Source: Candidatus Cloacimonadales bacterium | GTDB lineage: Bacteria > Cloacimonadota > Cloacimonadia > Cloacimonadales > JAIOQZ01 | Direction: 5' to 3' | Length of the DNA: 64,000 nucleotides | NCBI GenBank assembly: GCA_963674825.1 | Contig: OY771587.1 | Span: 3,072,001 to 3,136,000, forward strand | Shown: positions 27,134 through 41,914 of the stretch, piece after piece | Numbering within the stretch: the stretch's first letter is position 1 | Layout of the letters: each line of letters opens with the position of its first letter | Program-made: the position numbers and the translations under genes | Notes under the pieces: model-generated | Database searches by the model: none | What the model was told of the DNA's origin: nothing | What the model saw: only the letters and a program-made list of their open reading frames with translations

Positions 27134-28357
27134 ATGCAATACATACTGTTTGACGACAATAAATGGCAAAACTTCTTCCCAATTACACTGACAAGGAGCA
27201 CCGGCGATCTTCGAACCGGTATCCTCAAGCAGCGGCAGAAGATCAACGCGATGCTGGGTGATGAAGTCATCCGCGTGATCATTGATCCATCGCTGGTTCC
27301 GCTTTATAGGGAGCGTCACGCAGACTGGCAGATCAATCACTTTGATGAAGGCGAATATGTGCTGGTCAATTCCCGGTTTCGGTTGAATGATGACATCCTC
27401 GATTTAATCGAGAACTTGCCCGAAAACACCACGATAACCTGCCCTGAAGGCGTCGTCGTGGCACGCTGTACGATCAAAGAAGGTGAGCTCACACCGGATA
27501 CGCTTGATTTCAGCGCGTTGAAAAAGCAAAAACTCGAAGAATCCTGCCTTTGGAGCTACCTCTGGCAGATTATCCTCGCTAACGGTGATAACATCACCGA
27601 CGACTACGAGCGCTTCTTGCAAGAGGATGGAACCTTCTGCGAGGTAGAACCAGGAGTTACTACGATGAATCCTTACAATATCTGGATCGGTGAGGATGTG
27701 CAGCTCTATCCGGGGGTGGTGATCGACGCGACAGAAGGTCCGGTGGTCATCGACGAAGGCGCGGTGATTTATCCCAACGCGATTCTTACGGGTCCGCTCT
27801 ACGTGGGCAAGAAAACGAAGATCAAAGCGATTGCTCGCGTGGGCGAAGGTACGTCACTCGGGCCGGTCTGCAAGATTGGCGGCGAAGTGGAAGGCGTGAT
27901 CGTGCAGGGTTATTCGAACAAGCAGCATGAGGGCTTTCTGGGGCACAGTTACCTGGGCGAGTGGGTCAACCTCGGCGCGGATACCAACAACAGCGACCTG
28001 AAGAATAACTACGGCAGCGTCAAGATGCATGTTTATGGCGAAACAGAGAAGGTCGATTCGAAAGAAACCTTTCTCGGTGCAGTTATCGGTGACCATGCCA
28101 AGACCGGTATTAATTGCTCAATCAACACCGGCACGGTTATCGGCGTGGGATGCAATCTCTACGGTTCTGAGCTGATCAAGGATTTCGTGCCCGATTTCAG
28201 TTGGGGAACCGGCGACCAGATAAATGATTACCGAATCGACAAATTCCTGGAAACGGCGCAAGTCGTCAAAGGGCGTCGCAAATTGGATTTAAGCGAATGC
28301 GAAAAAGAGCTTTACAAGAATCTCAAATCGTTCGTTTTTGACAAAACGCGATCTTAG
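27134..28357 (+). CDS. GlmU-related putative sugar nucleotidyltransferase with hexapeptide (LbH) domain
   Basis: Motifs FFPITLTR..GDLRTGI, GPVCKIGGEVE, SNKQHEGFLGHSYLGEWVNLGADTNNSDLKNNY. Start ATG 27134 with AAGGAG RBS. Confidence 0.88.
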   Translation: MQYILFDDNKWQNFFPITLTRSTGDLRTGILKQRQKINAMLGDEVIRVIIDPSLVPLYRERHADWQINHFDEGEYVLVNSRFRLNDDILDLIENLPENTTITCPEGVVVARCTIKEGELTPDTLDFSALKKQKLEESCLWSYLWQIILANGDNITDDYERFLQEDGTFCEVEPGVTTMNPYNIWIGEDVQLYPGVVIDATEGPVVIDEGAVIYPNAILTGPLYVGKKTKIKAIARVGEGTSLGPVCKIGGEVEGVIVQGYSNKQHEGFLGHSYLGEWVNLGADTNNSDLKNNYGSVKMHVYGETEKVDSKETFLGAVIGDHAKTGINCSINTGTVIGVGCNLYGSELIKDFVPDFSWGTGDQINDYRIDKFLETAQVVKGRRKLDLSECEKELYKNLKSFVFDKTRS

Positions 28358-28396
28358 CGGGATATCACCCGAATGAAGGGTCGCAACGGAGATTGA

Positions 28397-29332
28397 ATGG
28401 ACAATATAGAAAATACAGAGAATATTGAGAATACAGAGAATACTGAAATTACGGAATTGGAGACCATCGACGATCTCGGGATGATCGATATTCCTGAACT
28501 CGAGCTGGTTGAAGTGGAGTTCCGTTCGGGTCGAACCGCTTACTACGCAAACCCGAAGACTTTCTTTATACACCCCGAGCTGTGGGTGATCGTTCAAGTT
28601 GACCGTGGATTCGACATCGCCAAGGTGATGCACTCTTCGGTTCACGACGAGAAGCTAATTGCCGATTTCAAACGCAATCAGTCGAACGACAAGAAGCAGC
28701 AGGGCATCATCCGCAAGGCTTCCAAATCGGACCTCCAAAAGCTCAAGAACGTCATCGACAACGAGCGAGACGCTACGGAACGCTTCAACGAAATGGTGGT
28801 GAAATACCCTTTCGAGATGAAGTTGATAAAAACTGTTTACCAGTTTGACGGCAATAAGCTGACATTCTTCTTCACTGCGGACGGACGTGTCGATTTCCGC
28901 GAATTTGTTCGCGAATTGGCCGCCTTTTTCCGTACCCGCATCGAGCTGCATCAGACCACCGGTCGCGATGTTGCGAAAGAGCTGGGCGGAATCGGCATGT
29001 GCGGCAAATACTATTGCTGCTCCACATTCCTTAAGCACTTCAACCAGATCACCATCAAGATGGCGAAAGACCAGAATCTTTCCGGTAATCTATCCAAGAT
29101 CTCAGGCCCGTGCGGACGTCTTCTGTGCTGTTTGAACTTCGAGGAGAATTACTATCAAGAAGCGGGTAGGGACTTCCCGGAAGTGGGCGATGAAGTTGTG
29201 TTCCGTGGCCAGAAGTACCTGGTATTCAAGAACGACATTTACAACAAGAAGATCTATCTTTCGCTCGAAGATCAGATCGCAGAAATCATTACGCTGGATC
29301 ATTACCAGCAATTGCGTGCGAAACGAAAATGA
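28397..29332 (+). CDS. ricT: PSP1-domain protein RicT/YaaT (Fe-S regulatory subunit family)
   Basis: Motifs FTADGRVDFRE, TRIEL, GGIGMCG..CC, MAKDQNL, KISGPCGRLLCCL. Confidence 0.9.
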   Translation: MDNIENTENIENTENTEITELETIDDLGMIDIPELELVEVEFRSGRTAYYANPKTFFIHPELWVIVQVDRGFDIAKVMHSSVHDEKLIADFKRNQSNDKKQQGIIRKASKSDLQKLKNVIDNERDATERFNEMVVKYPFEMKLIKTVYQFDGNKLTFFFTADGRVDFREFVRELAAFFRTRIELHQTTGRDVAKELGGIGMCGKYYCCSTFLKHFNQITIKMAKDQNLSGNLSKISGPCGRLLCCLNFEENYYQEAGRDFPEVGDEVVFRGQKYLVFKNDIYNKKIYLSLEDQIAEIITLDHYQQLRAKRK

Positions 29333-30354
29333 GGCATATACTCGATCTTACTCCGGGTGAACTGGAGAGCTTTCTTGCGGATAATGGCGTAAAACCTTTC
29401 CGCATCAAGCAGCTCAAGCACTGGATCTTTGAAAAATACGTGGACGATTTCCACAAGATGAACAACCTCCCTGCCACACTCATCAAGACGTTGTCGGAGA
29501 ACTTTGAATGCAGTTATCCGAAGATAGAGAAAGAGCGTATCTCGGAGGACAAGACGCGTAAATACCTTCTTCGCCTGCACGATGATCAGTTCATAGAGAT
29601 GGTGCTGATCCCTACGGAGAAGAAGAACACACTTTGCATCTCATCGCAGGTGGGGTGCTCACGGAATTGCGCCTTCTGCGCGACGGCAAAGCTTGGCATG
29701 GAACGAAACTTGAAGCCTTCGGAAATCGTGGGGCAGGTTCTCCTTGCTATGCGTCTTCTTAAAGAGGAAAAGCTGACCAACCTTGTCTTCATGGGCATGG
29801 GCGAGCCGCTGGACAACTACGATAACGTGGTTCATTCGGTGCGCATGCTGCAGGAAGATGTGGGATTCAGTCCGCGCAGGATGACGATCTCGACTTGCGG
29901 TGTTGTTCCCGGAATTCGTAAGCTCGGTCAGTCGGGTTTGAAGGTGAAGCTGGCTGTGTCGCTCAATTCGGCGATACCCGGCAAACGCGACAGGCTGATG
30001 CCTGTAAATCGCGTCTATTCGCTCAACGAGTTGAAACAGACGTTATTGGATTTCCGCAGAAAATCTGCCTACCGGATTACATTCGAGTACATCATGTTTG
30101 GCGGACTCAATACAGGCAGCGATGATGCAAAGGCATTGGTCGCGTTTACCGGCGATATCTCCTGCAAAATCAACCTGATTCCTTGCCATCGGGTACCTGG
30201 GCTGAACTTCATCCCGCCTACGGAAGATGAAATCAAAGCATTCCAGGAATCGCTGCACAACCTTAGCGCAGCAATAACAGTCAGGACAAGCCGTGGACAG
30301 GATATCGAAGCAGCATGCGGGCAACTGGCTGGATCTGAAGGAAAGCAGTCTTAG
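29329..30354 (+). CDS. rlmN: 23S rRNA/tRNA m2A methyltransferase RlmN (radical SAM)
   Basis: Motifs CISSQVGCSRNCAFC, FMGMGEPLDN, RGQDIEAACGQL. Confidence 0.95.
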   Translation: MRHILDLTPGELESFLADNGVKPFRIKQLKHWIFEKYVDDFHKMNNLPATLIKTLSENFECSYPKIEKERISEDKTRKYLLRLHDDQFIEMVLIPTEKKNTLCISSQVGCSRNCAFCATAKLGMERNLKPSEIVGQVLLAMRLLKEEKLTNLVFMGMGEPLDNYDNVVHSVRMLQEDVGFSPRRMTISTCGVVPGIRKLGQSGLKVKLAVSLNSAIPGKRDRLMPVNRVYSLNELKQTLLDFRRKSAYRITFEYIMFGGLNTGSDDAKALVAFTGDISCKINLIPCHRVPGLNFIPPTEDEIKAFQESLHNLSAAITVRTSRGQDIEAACGQLAGSEGKQS

Positions 30355-30406
30355 CTGATTAACGATAATTTTTTAGATATTAGTGAGAAACCAGAACGAG
30401 GAAAGT

Positions 30407-31186
30407 ATGGAACAAATTAGAAATCTCTTCATCGAAATCTTCGAAATGAAGAAAGTGGAACCATGCCGGTGTGGCGGTGCGCACGAGATATGTCTGCAAT
30501 GCCCCCGCTGTCGCGTGGACGATCCGGATCAGCTGGCAACCGATATCAGCAATCTGGCACAGTATATCGATCACACCAACCTCAAGGCGGACGCAACACC
30601 TCACCAGATCAAGGATCTTTGCCGCGAAGCGAACATGTATGAATTTGTCGCGGTGTGCGTAAATCCGAAGCATGTCGAGTTGGCAAGCTATCAGCTGAGT
30701 GATACAAAGGTTTGCAGCGTGATCGGCTTCCCGCTGGGAGCGAATCTCACCGACACCAAGATATTCGAAGCGAAAAAAGCGATCGAGCAGGGTGCGAAAG
30801 AGATCGATATGGTGATCGACCTCAGCAGCCTCAAAGCAAAACACTACCGTGAAACGCTCAACGATATCGCCCAGGTCGCCAAGGCATGTCACAAGGGTGG
30901 CGCAACGCTCAAGGTGATCCTGGAAAACTGCTATCTGAACCAGACCGAGAAAATCATCAGCTGCATGATCGCGAAGAAAGCGGGTGCAGACTACGTCAAG
31001 ACCTCGACCGGATTCGGCCCCAGTGGTGCGACGGTTGACGATGTGGCTCTGATGCGCGAAATCGTAGGGCCCAAAATGGGTGTCAAGGCAGCCGGTGGAA
31101 TCCGTGACAAGCATACCACCGAGATGATGCTCAAGGCTGGAGCCAACCGCATCGGCGCAAGCCGCAGCGTTGATATCGTTCGTTAA
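30407..31186 (+). CDS. deoC: Deoxyribose-phosphate aldolase with Cys-rich N-terminal extension
   Basis: Motifs IDHTNLK, VIGFPLG, EIDMV, KVILE, VKTSTGF, VKAAGGIR, RIGAS. Start ATG 30407 (GAGG RBS) or GTG 30383. Confidence 0.93.
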   Translation: MEQIRNLFIEIFEMKKVEPCRCGGAHEICLQCPRCRVDDPDQLATDISNLAQYIDHTNLKADATPHQIKDLCREANMYEFVAVCVNPKHVELASYQLSDTKVCSVIGFPLGANLTDTKIFEAKKAIEQGAKEIDMVIDLSSLKAKHYRETLNDIAQVAKACHKGGATLKVILENCYLNQTEKIISCMIAKKAGADYVKTSTGFGPSGATVDDVALMREIVGPKMGVKAAGGIRDKHTTEMMLKAGANRIGASRSVDIVR

Positions 31187-31199
31187 GCAAGACTTTCTC

Positions 31200-32576
31200 A
31201 TGAAAATCGACGTTGCCGGATTCAACATCGATCGCTCGGTCAGCGACAGGATCGAGGATCGAAGCATCGTAACGCCGGAGACACTCTCCGCAGCCTACGC
31301 ACGCATCAGTCGCAGCCCGAAATCGATTACCGAATTGCGTACCGACGCCATGGACGAGGTGGATCGCGCGCGTAGCTCCAACCAGAGTATTATATTCGAG
31401 ATGGGGCATAGCTCAGTCGCCGAACACGCGGTATTCAATTTCGACATCATAGGTGTCTCGCGTTACCTAGCGGAGTTCATTCAACGCACCCGCCTGGCAT
31501 CTTTCACCGAGAAATCCCAGCGCTACGTTACCCTCGAGGGTGACTACATCACGCCGAACGAGATCATCGGTACCGATCTGGAGCGGGAATTTCACGAACT
31601 GATCGAGAAACAGAATCTACTATATTTCCACCTGTACGAATCGCAGTGTAAGAAGCTGATTGAAGAGGGATTTCCAGGAAAGAAACGTGAACTGGAGGGC
31701 GCAGCCAAAGAAGACGCCCGTTACGCGCTTTCACTGGCGACGAAAAGCCAGATGGGGATGACCATCAACTGCCGTAGCCTTCAACGGCTCCTCAGAAGGC
31801 TCAGCCGCACAGATCTTCTCGAAGCAAATGAGCTCCGGGAGCAACTGGAAGCGGCTGCAAAGTCGATTGCCCCGTCGTTGATTCGCTACACCGAAGCAGA
31901 CGAATTTGAATCCAATCTTCAGCAACGCTTACCGGAAGTGATCACAGAAGTACCAAACGAATCGATAAAATTGATTCACGCGGAAGAGAATCCGGACGAA
32001 AAGGTGCTGGCCGCGATGATATTCGAGCAGTTCGGTGGTGACTTCCAATCGATCTTCGAGGGCATTCTCTCGTGGGATAAAAAAATGAAGCATCAGGCGT
32101 TCGACAGGCTATTCGATGGGCTTCAATCATTCAATACAATGCCGCGCGGATTCGAGATGGCGGAGTTCACCATGCAGGTTCGAGCGTCTTCTTCGTGTTA
32201 TGCTCAATGGAAACGTCATCGCACTTCTACCGTTCTAATGGGTGGAAGGACTCAGAATTTCGTGATTCCGCCGGTCTATACTGATAAAAAGGTAATCGAT
32301 CGGTTCCGTGAATTAATGGACGCATCTGCTGAAGTAGCGCGGAAGCTTGGCGAGATCAATCCTCTTCTGGCGGACTACGCGCTGACCAACGCGCATGAGG
32401 TCGTATTCCTTTTCAAGGCGAATCTTCGGGAGCTTTATCACTTTTCGCGGCTTCGCTCCGACCAGCATGCGCAGTGGGAGATTAGGGAACTTTCCAGCCG
32501 AATCGATGAGATCATTCGAGAAAAAGCTCCTTTAAGTGCTGCGAAGATGATGGGGAAGAGCGAATTCCGCTCGTAA
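31200..32576 (+). CDS. thyX: FAD-dependent thymidylate synthase, tandem two-domain form
   Basis: N-half GHSSVAEH, RTRLASFTEKSQRY, EDARY; C-half QWKRHR, NLRELYHFSRLR, HAQWEIR. Confidence 0.88.
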   Translation: MKIDVAGFNIDRSVSDRIEDRSIVTPETLSAAYARISRSPKSITELRTDAMDEVDRARSSNQSIIFEMGHSSVAEHAVFNFDIIGVSRYLAEFIQRTRLASFTEKSQRYVTLEGDYITPNEIIGTDLEREFHELIEKQNLLYFHLYESQCKKLIEEGFPGKKRELEGAAKEDARYALSLATKSQMGMTINCRSLQRLLRRLSRTDLLEANELREQLEAAAKSIAPSLIRYTEADEFESNLQQRLPEVITEVPNESIKLIHAEENPDEKVLAAMIFEQFGGDFQSIFEGILSWDKKMKHQAFDRLFDGLQSFNTMPRGFEMAEFTMQVRASSSCYAQWKRHRTSTVLMGGRTQNFVIPPVYTDKKVIDRFRELMDASAEVARKLGEINPLLADYALTNAHEVVFLFKANLRELYHFSRLRSDQHAQWEIRELSSRIDEIIREKAPLSAAKMMGKSEFRS

Positions 32577-32749
32577 CGGTCGATCAGGATTCTATCAAAT
32601 ACAGATGCAATTGGAACGTTTTGGGCATTCCAAGAGAATTATTGACATGAACCGTTACGGAATGAAAATGTGAATGGGAATAAATCAATATAGGTATGAT
32701 TCCATGACTGAGGAAATAACATGATATATAAAAAACCAAGACTGGAGGA

Positions 32750-33739
32750 ATGAACATGACTAAGAGATTTATTACGGTATTGCTGCTTTTAACGGCGGTC
32801 ATGATGCTGTTTGCAGAGGGGAAACCATTACAACGCCAGGCGCTTGAAGCGGTTGCGGCCGGAGACGATGCTTATACGGCGAAGAACTATACACAAGCCT
32901 ATACGAAGTATGCCGAAGCGATCGAGAAATATCGCCAGGCAGAAAAAGAAGAGAGTATCGATCTCGGCAATATGATTACCGATGTTCAGGACAAGCTATT
33001 CAAAGCATATTACTTTGGTGAGAAATACAACGAAGCCATCGCGGTTTATGCAGATATGCTGAAGAAAGACGCGTCCGATATAAAGAAAGTGCGCGTTATC
33101 GCTCAGATTTATGAGAAAAACCTGAAGCAGCCAGCGAAGGCTATCGAGCACCTCAAAGCTTGGGATGCCAAGGGCGCGAACTTCACGCTCCGTAAAGAAA
33201 TCGCATCTCTGTACGACGATATGGGGAACAAGCAGGAAGCACTGAATTGGTACGTTAAGGCCAAGGAAGTGAAACAGGACGCGAAAGTAATCCAGAAGAT
33301 CGCGGTTCTCTATCGTGAATTGGGTGACGTTCCCATGGCTATCAAGGAATACGAAGACTACCTCAAGACCAATCCTTCGGCCAGCTCAAAGCTCCAGACC
33401 TACAAAAACATGGGCGCTCTCTATGAAATGATCAAGCAGCCGGACAATGCTGTGAAAGCATTCGAAAACGCACTCAAGGTCAAGTACGATTCCCAGATAG
33501 CAACCAAGCTGATGGTTATGTATTTTGATATGAATAACTTCGCACAGGCCACTGCGAAAGTCAAACGCATCCTTCAAGATGATCCTGCCGATCCGGACGC
33601 TACTTACTATCAGGCACAGATCAAGTACAAAGAAGGCAACAAGCAGGGCGCGCTGGAAGATTTCAAGAAAATCCAGAACGACCGCAAGTATGGTGAAAGT
33701 GCAAAAGGGTTTATCAAGAGTATAGAATCTGAACTGTAA
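32750..33739 (+). CDS. Exported TPR-repeat protein
   Basis: Signal peptide, TPR-like helical repeats, GGAGG RBS. Confidence 0.85.
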   Translation: MNMTKRFITVLLLLTAVMMLFAEGKPLQRQALEAVAAGDDAYTAKNYTQAYTKYAEAIEKYRQAEKEESIDLGNMITDVQDKLFKAYYFGEKYNEAIAVYADMLKKDASDIKKVRVIAQIYEKNLKQPAKAIEHLKAWDAKGANFTLRKEIASLYDDMGNKQEALNWYVKAKEVKQDAKVIQKIAVLYRELGDVPMAIKEYEDYLKTNPSASSKLQTYKNMGALYEMIKQPDNAVKAFENALKVKYDSQIATKLMVMYFDMNNFAQATAKVKRILQDDPADPDATYYQAQIKYKEGNKQGALEDFKKIQNDRKYGESAKGFIKSIESEL

Positions 33740-33777
33740 ACAAAACCAACACCCACAGACCTTGTAAAGGAGACACG

Positions 33778-34458
33778 ATGAAGTACCTGATGTTATTGCT
33801 GGTGGTTTTATTGGCGCTGCTTACCGCGTGCGACAACCGTGACACGGACGCACCCGAGATGACGATTACTGTATCGACAACGGAACTATACAACGAAGGC
33901 AATGGCCAGAATTACGCCGATATCCTCATCGATCTGGACGGCGATAATGCTTCTACGGACAGCGTACGTATCAATATCGAATACGATAGCGCTCAAGGAA
34001 CCTTTAATCCCGATTCCGATTATCCCGGAAGTGCCTCCTTTATCCGGACAAATTCGCAGGGTATTGCCGCTGCGACCTTTACTGTGAAAGACTCTGCATT
34101 TGGCGATGTCCCGGTGACTTTCACGCTGGACACCTATCAGAGTGTGAATGAAACCATTCACTTCAACGTAATCGACATCCCTGAAATCGAGATTACCTCG
34201 GCTGAAGATTCACTCGTTGCCGACGGTGCTACGATGATGGATGTCTATGTTCAGCTCACAAGTAATTCGGAAAACATCGAAGGACTGTGGATCGATTTTA
34301 CATCCGATCTTATCACTTCGGCCGACTCCATCCAGACGGATACGGAAGGTCGCGCCACCATACAGGTTCAAGCACCGGAAGATGCCGCTGTGTACTATGT
34401 AACCGGAAGGATTCGTGACTTCGATAAACTGGCTACAGTTTATATAAGGTGCTATTGA
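33778..34458 (+). CDS. Lipoprotein with two Ig-like (Big_1/invasin-like) domains
   Basis: Lipobox LTAC; motifs RTNSQGIAAATF, SLVADG, TDTEGRATIQV. Confidence 0.75.
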   Translation: MKYLMLLLVVLLALLTACDNRDTDAPEMTITVSTTELYNEGNGQNYADILIDLDGDNASTDSVRINIEYDSAQGTFNPDSDYPGSASFIRTNSQGIAAATFTVKDSAFGDVPVTFTLDTYQSVNETIHFNVIDIPEIEITSAEDSLVADGATMMDVYVQLTSNSENIEGLWIDFTSDLITSADSIQTDTEGRATIQVQAPEDAAVYYVTGRIRDFDKLATVYIRCY

Positions 34459-34498
34459 CACACGGAACCCATGGTAGAACCCGAAACAGGAGGAGATA

Positions 34499-35275
34499 AT
34501 GCGCAAATACGTCATAGCCGGTAACTGGAAAATGAATAAAACGTTCGAACAGACCGACGACTATCTCGAGGGGCTTGCTGAGTACGTCTTTGAGAACGAT
34601 GATGACATGCAGCTGATCATTCCGATCGTCTGTCCGCCAGCCGTTTATCTGGAAATGGCGACTGACTTCGCGGAAGATCGTTCGTTCTTCGTCGGAGCTC
34701 AGGATGTCAGCGAACATGAGTTTGGCGCTTACACAGGGGAAATCAGCGCACCGATGCTCCATGCAATGGCTGTCAGCTTCTGCATCGTGGGCCACTCGGA
34801 ACGCAGAAAATACCACAACGAAACCGATCAAATGGTCAATGGCAAGATCAAAGCCCTGCACAAACAGGACATTATTCCCATCGTCTGCATCGGCGAAACG
34901 GAAGAAGAACGCCGCGATCGTCTCACCGAAGAGGTGCTCGAAAGGCAGCTCAAGGGCGCTTTCGAGGACATCGATCCCGAAAACGGCGATTTCGTCGTTG
35001 CTTATGAACCCGTCTGGGCGATCGGAACCGGCAAGACCGCGACTCCCGATATCGCACAGGATGCGCATTCTTTCATCCGTAACTGGCTGAAGGGTCGGTT
35101 TGGCGAGAAACTTGCCAGCGAAATTCAGATACTCTACGGCGGAAGCGTCAATCCGGGCAACATTGTTACACTTCTTTCACAGGAAGATATCGATGGTGCT
35201 CTTATCGGGGGAGCTTCGCTCGATCTGGATCAATATACCGATATGCTGGCCAAGGCGGTCGAACTCTCAAAATAA
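34499..35275 (+). CDS. tpiA: Triosephosphate isomerase
   Basis: Motifs AGNWKMN, GAYTGEIS, GHSERR, AYEPVWAIGTG, YGGSV, GGASL. Confidence 0.97.
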   Translation: MRKYVIAGNWKMNKTFEQTDDYLEGLAEYVFENDDDMQLIIPIVCPPAVYLEMATDFAEDRSFFVGAQDVSEHEFGAYTGEISAPMLHAMAVSFCIVGHSERRKYHNETDQMVNGKIKALHKQDIIPIVCIGETEEERRDRLTEEVLERQLKGAFEDIDPENGDFVVAYEPVWAIGTGKTATPDIAQDAHSFIRNWLKGRFGEKLASEIQILYGGSVNPGNIVTLLSQEDIDGALIGGASLDLDQYTDMLAKAVELSK

Positions 35276-35296
35276 GTATAGCGAATTGGAGAACCA

Positions 35297-36562
35297 ATGC
35301 TTGATCTGAAATTCATAAGAGAAAATGCGGAAATGATCAAACAGGCCGTGAAGGCCAAAAACGAAAGCGCCAATATCGATAAAATTCTGGAGCTGGACGA
35401 GCTGAAGCGTACGAAGCAGTTCGAGTTCGATCAAATTCGCGCTGAGCAGAAAATAAAGTCGAAAGAGATCGGAAACCGTAAGAAACAGGGGCTTGAAGTC
35501 GAATCGATCATGGAGGAAGTCTCCGCGATGGCCGAGAAGATCAAAGAACTTGGTAGCGAACTGAGTGATATCACCAACGATCTCAACGCGCTGCTGCTGA
35601 CCGTACCGAACCTTCCGCAGGAAGATGTGCCGATCGGAGGCGAGGAAAACAACGCTTTCGTGCGTGAATGGTGTGAGAAACGCTCGTTCGATTTCGAACC
35701 ACGTGAGCATCAGGAGATCTGCGGCGATGCACTTGATTTCAGGCGTGGCGCTAAGATCACCGGCAGCGGCTTTCCTTTATATAAAGGAGAGGCAGCTCTG
35801 CTGGAACGTGCGCTGATCAATTACTTCCTCGATAAGCATGTGCTCAAACACCATTATATCGAGATGAAGCCACCGTTCATCGTTAATCGCAAGACCATGA
35901 CCGGTACCGGGCAACTTCCCAAGCTGGAAGAGGACATGTATCGTGTCGATACCGAAGACTTCTTCCTTATACCTACCGCGGAAGTCCCCGTGACCAACTA
36001 CCACGCTGAAGAGATTCTGGCAGAGACCGATCTCCCCGTTAAGTACTGCGCCTATACTCCATGCTTCCGTCGAGAAGCCGGATCGTATGGCAAGGAAACC
36101 AAGGGACTCCATCGGGTACACCAGTTCAACAAGGTCGAGCTTGTACAGCTTACGAAGCCTGAAGATTCCGATGCAGCGCTGGACAGTATCGTCGCGGCCG
36201 CCGAGTCGATACTCCAGGACCTTCGTTTGCACTACCGTGTGATGAAGCTCGCGACTGGCGATCTCAGCTTTGCTTCGGCGATCACGTACGATCTCGAAGT
36301 CTGGGCTCCGGGTGCTGGACGCTATCTGGAGGTTTCATCGGTGAGCAACTTCAAGGATTTCCAGGCTCGACGTGCTTCCATTCGCTATCGTCGTAACGAA
36401 GATGGTAAGGTTGACTTCGTTCATACGCTCAATGGATCAGGCCTGGCAACGCCTCGTGTGTTCGTTGCGCTGGTAGAAACCTGGCAGAATGCAGACGGTA
36501 GTATTACCGTGCCTCCATGCCTCAAACCCTATCTTCAGAATCGGGAAAAACTGGTCTTTTAA
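35297..36562 (+). CDS. serS: Seryl-tRNA synthetase
   Basis: Motifs MLDLKFIREN, GTGQLPK, LIPTAEVP, FRREAGS, HQFNKVE, FQARR, HTLNGSGLA. Confidence 0.97.
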   Translation: MLDLKFIRENAEMIKQAVKAKNESANIDKILELDELKRTKQFEFDQIRAEQKIKSKEIGNRKKQGLEVESIMEEVSAMAEKIKELGSELSDITNDLNALLLTVPNLPQEDVPIGGEENNAFVREWCEKRSFDFEPREHQEICGDALDFRRGAKITGSGFPLYKGEAALLERALINYFLDKHVLKHHYIEMKPPFIVNRKTMTGTGQLPKLEEDMYRVDTEDFFLIPTAEVPVTNYHAEEILAETDLPVKYCAYTPCFRREAGSYGKETKGLHRVHQFNKVELVQLTKPEDSDAALDSIVAAAESILQDLRLHYRVMKLATGDLSFASAITYDLEVWAPGAGRYLEVSSVSNFKDFQARRASIRYRRNEDGKVDFVHTLNGSGLATPRVFVALVETWQNADGSITVPPCLKPYLQNREKLVF

Positions 36563-36715
36563 GTAAACCCACTTTCAGGTGGGTGGAATGGTGTGAAAAA
36601 GTTGCTAACATAGGTGTGTTTTCTATATGATTATCGTGTCGATATTTCAGTGATAAAGTTGTCACTGTGAAATCGATCGGAATGTGAAAAAGCAAAGAAA
36701 TTTGTGTGAAATGTC

Positions 36716-36936
36716 TTGACATGAAAAACTATATAATCGATGTTAGCGCTCCACTTGGGCATGGCCTGGGTGGGTAGGTCCTTACAGGTTAGATTTGGTG
36801 TTGGAGAGTTGAGCGGGATTTTCTTCGGGGAAAAAAAACTTCGAAAAAAGTCTTGACACGAAAACATCGAATATGGAAAGTGACCGAACCTACTGACGCA
36901 GAGAGCGACGGTGGGGACAGAGAGTGATCTTTGAAA
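36716..36936 (+). promoter_or_regulatory. rrn leader: two TTGACA -35 boxes (36716, 36853) and a boxA-like antitermination site (36925-36936)
   Basis: Two perfect TTGACA with A-rich upstream tracts; TGATCTTTGAAA is boxA-like. The -10 boxes are not canonical at 17-nt spacing. Confidence 0.55.
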
Positions 36937-37004
36937 CGAAATAAGAATAGAAGTGAAGTGTAAAGAACTTGCGAGACAGTGATATTGAGCATGACAAGCT
37001 TTTC

Positions 37005-38554
<1,550 letters not shown>

Positions 38555-38639
38555 AAGGGAGAAACAATGTACGGTTATGTTTGATAGAGTTGTTTCGCTG
38601 TTCTTTACACACTTCACTTTAATAAACTTTGTTGAGTGA

Positions 38640-38716
<77 letters not shown>

Positions 38717-38723
38717 CTTTATC

Positions 38724-38799
38724 GGGGGATTAGCTTAGTTGGGAGAGCGCCGCCCTTGCAAGGCGGAGGTCAGCGGTTCGAATCCGCTATCCTCCACCA
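38724..38799 (+). tRNA. tRNA-Ala(TGC)
   Basis: GGGGGAT...ATCCTCC-ACCA with G3:U70; anticodon loop CTTGCAA. Confidence 0.96.
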
Positions 38800-38933
38800 G
38801 GAATTTTAGTTCATTAAAAGTTTTATAGATGTGGAATGGAGTGTTTAAAAGAGTACTGAAAGAAGAAGTAAAGAAGAAAGGATACTTTTCCGCATGCGTA
38901 TGTGTATGTAGTATATATACGTATGATGAATTT

Positions 38934-41832
<2,899 letters not shown>

Positions 41833-41914
41833 TTTTCTTTCTCTTTACCTTCCGATATACTCGGACAAACACTTCATTCCTTCACATCTAATTCTTGTAC
41901 CCCCAGGGTATGAG

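Noticed and set aside
30380..31267. Long antisense ORFs (also 1687-2310, 15582-16352, 34433-35068, 55625-56257, 61379-61999)
   Set aside because: They are shadows opposite well-supported genes and show no motifs.
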